This document shows positions 59,283-64,000 of a stretch of DNA of 64,000 nt, one piece after another; position 1 is the stretch's first letter; the number at the start of each line of letters is the position of its first letter. The stretch is from an archaeon (GTDB taxonomy: Archaea; Nanobdellota; Nanobdellia; Woesearchaeales; UBA9642). The stretch lies in contig JAGVGF010000006.1 in NCBI GenBank assembly GCA_020057295.1, positions 64,001-128,000 on the forward strand, read 5' to 3'. The notes under the pieces were generated by a model. That model was not told the DNA's origin and searched no databases. It saw only the letters and a program-made list of their open reading frames with translations. Position numbers and translations under genes: made by a program.

Positions 59283-60203
59283 CTATTCTAATCTCGTCTT
59301 ATAGAAATGATGATTCTGTATCGGAACTATTTGCGAATATCGTATCATGTCATGAAATTGACTTCGGACTTTATTCAATTTCTCATTTATATGAACATAA
59401 TTATTATCAACTATCTCAAACATATAACTGAATTCTCCAACGCATGCGAATCTACGCACAACTAATGGATCAAGTTTTAGTTGAGAGTTAAATTTTAAAA
59501 AATCATCAAATTTATCGTCAGCAAATTTTAATAACACGCTATAATACATGAATCCTTCCCTATCAAAATCTATTACTGTTAAAAAATTCTCTATCACTTT
59601 ATTTTTTATTAGATGTTTTAGTCTATTATGGACAATATCGTATGTTAACCCTGTAATCTTAGATAGTTCTAACGCACTTAATCTGCAATTGATGCTTAGT
59701 TCATTCAATATTTTTTTGTCTTTGTCGTCTATTTCTACACTAATTACGGGTTTTTCTAATCTTTGAAGTATAAAATGTGAAGTTATTATCTTTTTCTTTA
59801 CGAAAAATTGTTGTAACTCAAGCATCATCTTGTATAAATCCTTAGTGATTATTTTTAGGTTATAACTATATTGTGTAATAGATTTCATTATAATTATGCA
59901 TCCGTTGATTTGACTTAATTCTTTGATAAATTCTGTCTCATCTTCTATGTATCGTGTTTGTATAAAAATATAATATGTCGCATATCCTATTTTTTGATAA
60001 TCGATATATGCATGAAATCCTTTGATAACCTTGTCCTTAACTAATTTATTTATTCTATAAAGTGCGGTTTGTTTACTTACACGACATTTTGTTGCTAAAT
60101 CTTTTAGCGGAATGCGTGCATTATCCCTTAAAGCGCTTAATATTTTTATATCTACCTTGTCTAATTCAGAACCTTCAAATAAATATTCTATCATTCCATC
60201 CAT
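59283..60203 (-). CDS. Tandem Lrp/AsnC-family regulator
   Basis: Two LDKVD.KIL..L..N.R / IDDKD.KIL.EL..N.R HTH-RAM modules. Confidence 0.9.
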   Translation of the reverse strand: MDGMIEYLFEGSELDKVDIKILSALRDNARIPLKDLATKCRVSKQTALYRINKLVKDKVIKGFHAYIDYQKIGYATYYIFIQTRYIEDETEFIKELSQINGCIIIMKSITQYSYNLKIITKDLYKMMLELQQFFVKKKIITSHFILQRLEKPVISVEIDDKDKKILNELSINCRLSALELSKITGLTYDIVHNRLKHLIKNKVIENFLTVIDFDREGFMYYSVLLKFADDKFDDFLKFNSQLKLDPLVVRRFACVGEFSYMFEIVDNNYVHINEKLNKVRSQFHDMIRYSQIVPIQNHHFYKTRLE

Positions 60204-60389
60204 AAAATAGTATAATTATGTATTATTTATATATTTTTCCTAAATTATTAGAATTTTCTACATTGTTATTTTATTATGCCAAGAAGCTATACTAATACTA
60301 TCATTATTTGATTCCGAAATATTTTCGGAAAAATAAGAAATAGTGTAATAAATATAAAACAATTTAAAAAAAAAATACGAGGGATTAAT

Positions 60390-61364
60390 ATGGCAAGCGT
60401 AACATTGGATAAAGTTGTACAGAATGTTGGAACATTTAAAGGAGATATAAAGGAACAACGAAGAGATTATGAGAGAGCAAAACAAGGCGTCGAATTATTA
60501 GATAACGACCTAAGTAAAGAAAAACTTGAAGATGCATTAAGAAGAGCTTCTGAGTATAGTGAATTTAACATACCAACTGCGCCAGTAGATACAGAGATAG
60601 TTCGTGGAGATGTTTCATTTAATGTAAGATCTGAAGCAACAACTAAAAGACCACAATACAAAACAGCTGTTACAGGAATAGAAAATTACATTAATGGCAC
60701 ACATTTTTTAGTTAATAATGGACATACAATTACAGGAGTTGTTAAAGAAGGAAATAAATGGTATGTAGCAACAGACACTTTACTCGAACATTGTGAAATT
60801 ATGCTAGCAAGCATAATGATTCCGGATATTAAACAAACAATAACATACATTCTAAGCGGAGATTTGTCTGCCGAACCAACACCAAAAACAATTGATTTGG
60901 GAAGTCAAAAGTCTTCACGTGCATTAAATGCAGAGAATTTTGCAAATTATGCAAGAAGAGATAGATTGAGACAAGATCTAAGTAAATTTGTTGAATCATA
61001 CGAGCTAGCACTATCTCAAGAAGAAAAAACAGGAGAAGGTATTGTACAAGTAAATACTAGAGCAGGTTACAAAGAAGAGAAAATTAAGAGCAAAGGTGCA
61101 AATTGGGCATATGTAGCAAAGACTCTGATAAGAATTAAAGAAAAAGATGATGAAGGAGAATTAAACATGCTAGCTGATTCGGAAACAAGTCTTGCATCAA
61201 AGAAGCGCGAATTACCATTCTACGACTTGAGAACAAGAGATGTAAGAGGAAGCGAAAAAGTATATGTTAGTCTACAAAGTGTATACGATAGAATACAAGA
61301 TTTAAAGGAACAGGAAGTAATCAAATCAAGTAGAAGTAAAATCAAGGCACAAGAAATCGTATAA
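60390..61364 (+). CDS. Hypothetical protein (possible internal duplication)
   Basis: 324-aa ORF with GAGG RBS. Confidence 0.75.
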   Translation: MASVTLDKVVQNVGTFKGDIKEQRRDYERAKQGVELLDNDLSKEKLEDALRRASEYSEFNIPTAPVDTEIVRGDVSFNVRSEATTKRPQYKTAVTGIENYINGTHFLVNNGHTITGVVKEGNKWYVATDTLLEHCEIMLASIMIPDIKQTITYILSGDLSAEPTPKTIDLGSQKSSRALNAENFANYARRDRLRQDLSKFVESYELALSQEEKTGEGIVQVNTRAGYKEEKIKSKGANWAYVAKTLIRIKEKDDEGELNMLADSETSLASKKRELPFYDLRTRDVRGSEKVYVSLQSVYDRIQDLKEQEVIKSSRSKIKAQEIV

Positions 61365-61428
61365 GATATCTAAATAAACGTAGAAAAATTTTTATTTTAT
61401 TTTTTTATATAAGGTTTTTATTTTTTTC

Positions 61429-61758
61429 TTATACTTTTTGATGTTTTTCCAAATAAAGTTTCACGTGCGAGTCAATCATAGGATTAGCACCCTTATCTAA
61501 TTCATAAATAATATTTTCTGATGTTCCACCCCATGAATATTTACCTGATTTTTTATCAATTTTATAGATTTTAAACTCTCCTGTGGATACGCCCTTCTTT
61601 AAATGATAATATATTAATCTCATCGTCACAGGAGGATATAACTCTATATATACTTTGTATAATTCATAACCATGTAATTTTTTATAGAAATATAATATCT
61701 CTACAATATTCTGTCTAACTTTTGATCCTAATGGTCTTCCTTGTTTTCTATCAGGCAT
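61429..61758 (-). CDS. Conserved hypothetical wHTH-like protein
   Basis: GRP.GS.VRQNIVEIL...HGYE.Y..Y...R.IYYHL.KG, G.YSWG. Confidence 0.75.
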   Translation of the reverse strand: MPDRKQGRPLGSKVRQNIVEILYFYKKLHGYELYKVYIELYPPVTMRLIYYHLKKGVSTGEFKIYKIDKKSGKYSWGGTSENIIYELDKGANPMIDSHVKLYLEKHQKV

Positions 61759-61808
61759 AATATTTATTCGATGAATAACTTTAAAAAGTTGATGCCTATA
61801 TTGTTTGT

Positions 61809-62774
61809 ATGCATCTATTAATTTTATCTGGGGAAAACTTAGAATTAGCAAAGATTGAAGCAGAATCATTACTTGGTTTAGAAAGTACATCGCTTGTTAA
61901 TGAGCAATTATACTGTACAATACCAACAGAAAATATTAATAAAATTTCACGATTAGCATACACTAAAAAAGTTTATGAGATAGCATATATCACAAATATT
62001 AACAATTTGGAATCTTCACTCGAAGCATATCCTTGGATTAATAATTATAAAAAAAATTTTTGTATAAGGTTAGAATCAAATTCTCAACGTAATGAGAAAT
62101 ACTATGCTAAATTTGTTTGGAAAAGCTTAGAAAAACACGTAACTCCAAAGGTTAATTTAGAAAATTCTGATTTATTAATAGAAATATTTATTCATGAAGA
62201 TGCAGCGATAGTATGCAGATTTATTTATGAAAACTTTGAGGATTTTGAATCTCGTAAAGCACACTTTAGGCCAGTATTACATCCAACAGCGATGCATCCA
62301 AAGATGGCGCGAGGACTTGTTAACATATTAAATCCTAAACCTAAAGAATTTATTATTGATCCATTTTGTGGTGCATGCGGTATATTAACTGAAGCGGGTT
62401 TGATGAATTTAAAATTTAAAGGTTATGATATCGATAAAAAAATAATTTCCGATGCTAAAACAAATTTACAACACTACACAATTAATTCTAAAAATTATAA
62501 AATAATAAAAAAAGATTCCACAACAATAAAAAAATTAAAGAATATAGTCACGGATTTACCTTATGGACTTAGTTCTAAAAAATCTGAAGAATTAAACAAA
62601 TTGTATTCTAAATTTTTAAAAAATGTTTCTGGTAATGCTGTTATTGTGATGCCAGATTTTATTAATTATAAAAAATTATTGAAAGAAAATTTATCAAAGA
62701 GACTCAAAGTAGTTAAAATTATAGATTATTACGTGCATAAGAGCTTGACCAGAAAAATAATAATTATAAAATAA
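61809..62774 (+). CDS. trmG10: tRNA (guanine10-N2)-methyltransferase TrmG10/Trm11
   Basis: THUMP-like N-terminus, RP..HP....P..AR..VN, DPFCG.CG, TDLPYG. Confidence 0.85.
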   Translation: MHLLILSGENLELAKIEAESLLGLESTSLVNEQLYCTIPTENINKISRLAYTKKVYEIAYITNINNLESSLEAYPWINNYKKNFCIRLESNSQRNEKYYAKFVWKSLEKHVTPKVNLENSDLLIEIFIHEDAAIVCRFIYENFEDFESRKAHFRPVLHPTAMHPKMARGLVNILNPKPKEFIIDPFCGACGILTEAGLMNLKFKGYDIDKKIISDAKTNLQHYTINSKNYKIIKKDSTTIKKLKNIVTDLPYGLSSKKSEELNKLYSKFLKNVSGNAVIVMPDFINYKKLLKENLSKRLKVVKIIDYYVHKSLTRKIIIIK

Positions 62775-62775
62775 A

Positions 62776-63591
62776 TTATTTCTTGAAATGTTCCTTATGT
62801 GCTTCATCTTCGAATAATTTTAAAGCATCATCTACAGACATATTTTCGTGGACCATCATTCTTGCAGCTTTGCTTATAGCGTAAGGTTTATCGTGTTGCC
62901 ATACATTTCTTCCTATAGCAAGTCCTGTGACTCCTGTTTTTAAAACTTCGTCAATTTTCTTAAAGAAGGAATGTTCATCAGTTTTACTTCCACCTGCAAC
63001 AAGAACTTTTGATCTTCCAGCACATTTTACAACCCATTTGAATGCTTCAGGATCATTAGGATACTTTATCTTAATAAAATCTGCACCAAGTTCTTGACCA
63101 ATACGTGCAGCGTAAGCTAATTGATTTACATCAAGTTCGTTAGTTATTTTTGGACCATTGAGATACACCCACGCAATTACCGGTATTCCATAATCGTGAG
63201 ATTGCTCGATTACTTTTCCTAATGTTTCGAACTGTTCTGGTTCCGTAACACTGCCTACAGACATCTTGTAACCGATGGCACTTGCACCAATTTTGACAGC
63301 TCTATCAACAGAACAGAAAGGTTTTGAAATTAAAGATGCATCTGTTAGACTGGTTTTTCCATTAATTTTTACAACTAGAGGAACATCTCTATAATAACTG
63401 TGATAGAATTTCTCAGCAATTCCAGAATGAACTATTACTCCATTGTACATTCCTTCTAACGCAATATCGAAAATATATTTTGGATCAACATTTTGCAAAT
63501 TAAGATCCACAGGACCGTGCTCTAATCCTTGATCGTGTGCAAGAAGTAGTGATCGACCATTCTTCATTAGCTTACTAGTATTAACTCTCAT
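62776..63591 (-). CDS. fba: Class I (DhnA-type) fructose-bisphosphate aldolase
   Basis: LAHDQGLEHGP, YAARIG.ELGADFIKIKY, VAGG.K, GRNVWQ. Confidence 0.9.
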   Translation of the reverse strand: MRVNTSKLMKNGRSLLLAHDQGLEHGPVDLNLQNVDPKYIFDIALEGMYNGVIVHSGIAEKFYHSYYRDVPLVVKINGKTSLTDASLISKPFCSVDRAVKIGASAIGYKMSVGSVTEPEQFETLGKVIEQSHDYGIPVIAWVYLNGPKITNELDVNQLAYAARIGQELGADFIKIKYPNDPEAFKWVVKCAGRSKVLVAGGSKTDEHSFFKKIDEVLKTGVTGLAIGRNVWQHDKPYAISKAARMMVHENMSVDDALKLFEDEAHKEHFKK

Positions 63592-63654
63592 AACACACCT
63601 CTTTAGCTATAATTATGAACTATTATTTTAAATAGTTTCCTATTTGAGAAGGAT

Positions 63655-64000
63655 TTATTCGTATAATATTTGATTTATGTACTTGAAAAGAGATTTGTGA
63701 TCTTTAAATATTTTTTTAGCGCCTTTCAGATATTTTTCTCCAAGAGTTGTTTCAATTGCGAGTACATTAAGTTTTGATCTTATCGCACTTTCTATTCCTA
63801 GAGGAGCGTTTTCAATAACAATAATATTTTTCTGACTCACATCACTTTTAGTCAGTTTTAACATCTTCAAGGCTTTAAGATATGGTTCTGGAGAAGGTTT
63901 TCCATTTTTAATATCATCACCAGAAACAACAACTTCGAATAATCCACTGAAATATTTTTTTATGATGGTGTTAGAAAATTCCTTATTAGCGCCTGTAACT
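63655..64000 (-). CDS. HAD-family phosphatase (beta-PGM-like), 5' end truncated by the window edge
   Basis: Frame extends to the edge: VTGA...SGDDI..GKPSPEPYL...VIENAPLGI.SA. Confidence 0.85.
   Translation of the reverse strand, partial: VTGANKEFSNTIIKKYFSGLFEVVVSGDDIKNGKPSPEPYLKALKMLKLTKSDVSQKNIIVIENAPLGIESAIRSKLNVLAIETTLGEKYLKGAKKIFKDHKSLFKYINQILYE

Noticed and set aside
1896-61011. Numerous 60-190 aa ORFs antisense to or nested in real genes (e.g. 5651-6211, 14022-14483, 36965-37441, 42107-42907)
   Set aside because: Shadow ORFs with no motifs or RBS, opposite well-supported genes
1-64000. CRISPR arrays, IS elements, integrases, rRNA, SRP or RNase P RNA, stop-codon recoding
   Set aside because: No regularly spaced repeats, transposase or integrase motifs, or long GC-rich structured RNAs were seen; conserved genes are full length under the standard code

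Overview
AT-rich chromosomal window from a DPANN archaeon, most consistent with Woesearchaeota/Nanoarchaeota. The assignment is an inference from the archaeal L7Ae-S28e-L24e-ndk-EF2-EF1a-S10 genes, an expanded set of TrmB-like regulators and Cys-rich surface proteins. It carries about 65 CDS and six tRNA genes, one with an intron, plus a tRNA-Ala 3' fragment. No CRISPR array, transposase or integrase was seen. The most notable observations are: (1) a cfa plus FAD-oxidoreductase pair resembling the actinobacterial 10-methyl fatty-acid (BfaAB/TmsAB) module, in an archaeon; (2) an HPRT that looks eukaryote-type; (3) a 160-nt L7Ae leader with two stacked kink-turns and a competing hairpin; (4) three TrmB/divergent-target cassettes sharing a TGTYG-N11/12-CRACA palindrome; (5) a seven-gene glycogen cluster (GT3 synthase, two DUF5752-like proteins) facing a four-gene operon that ends in a degenerate rubrerythrin fused to a domain also encoded alone upstream; (6) several predicted pseudoenzymes or variant transporters; (7) a small histone-fold gene and rpl24e that the ORF track missed. 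All family calls were made by eye from motifs, without database searches.
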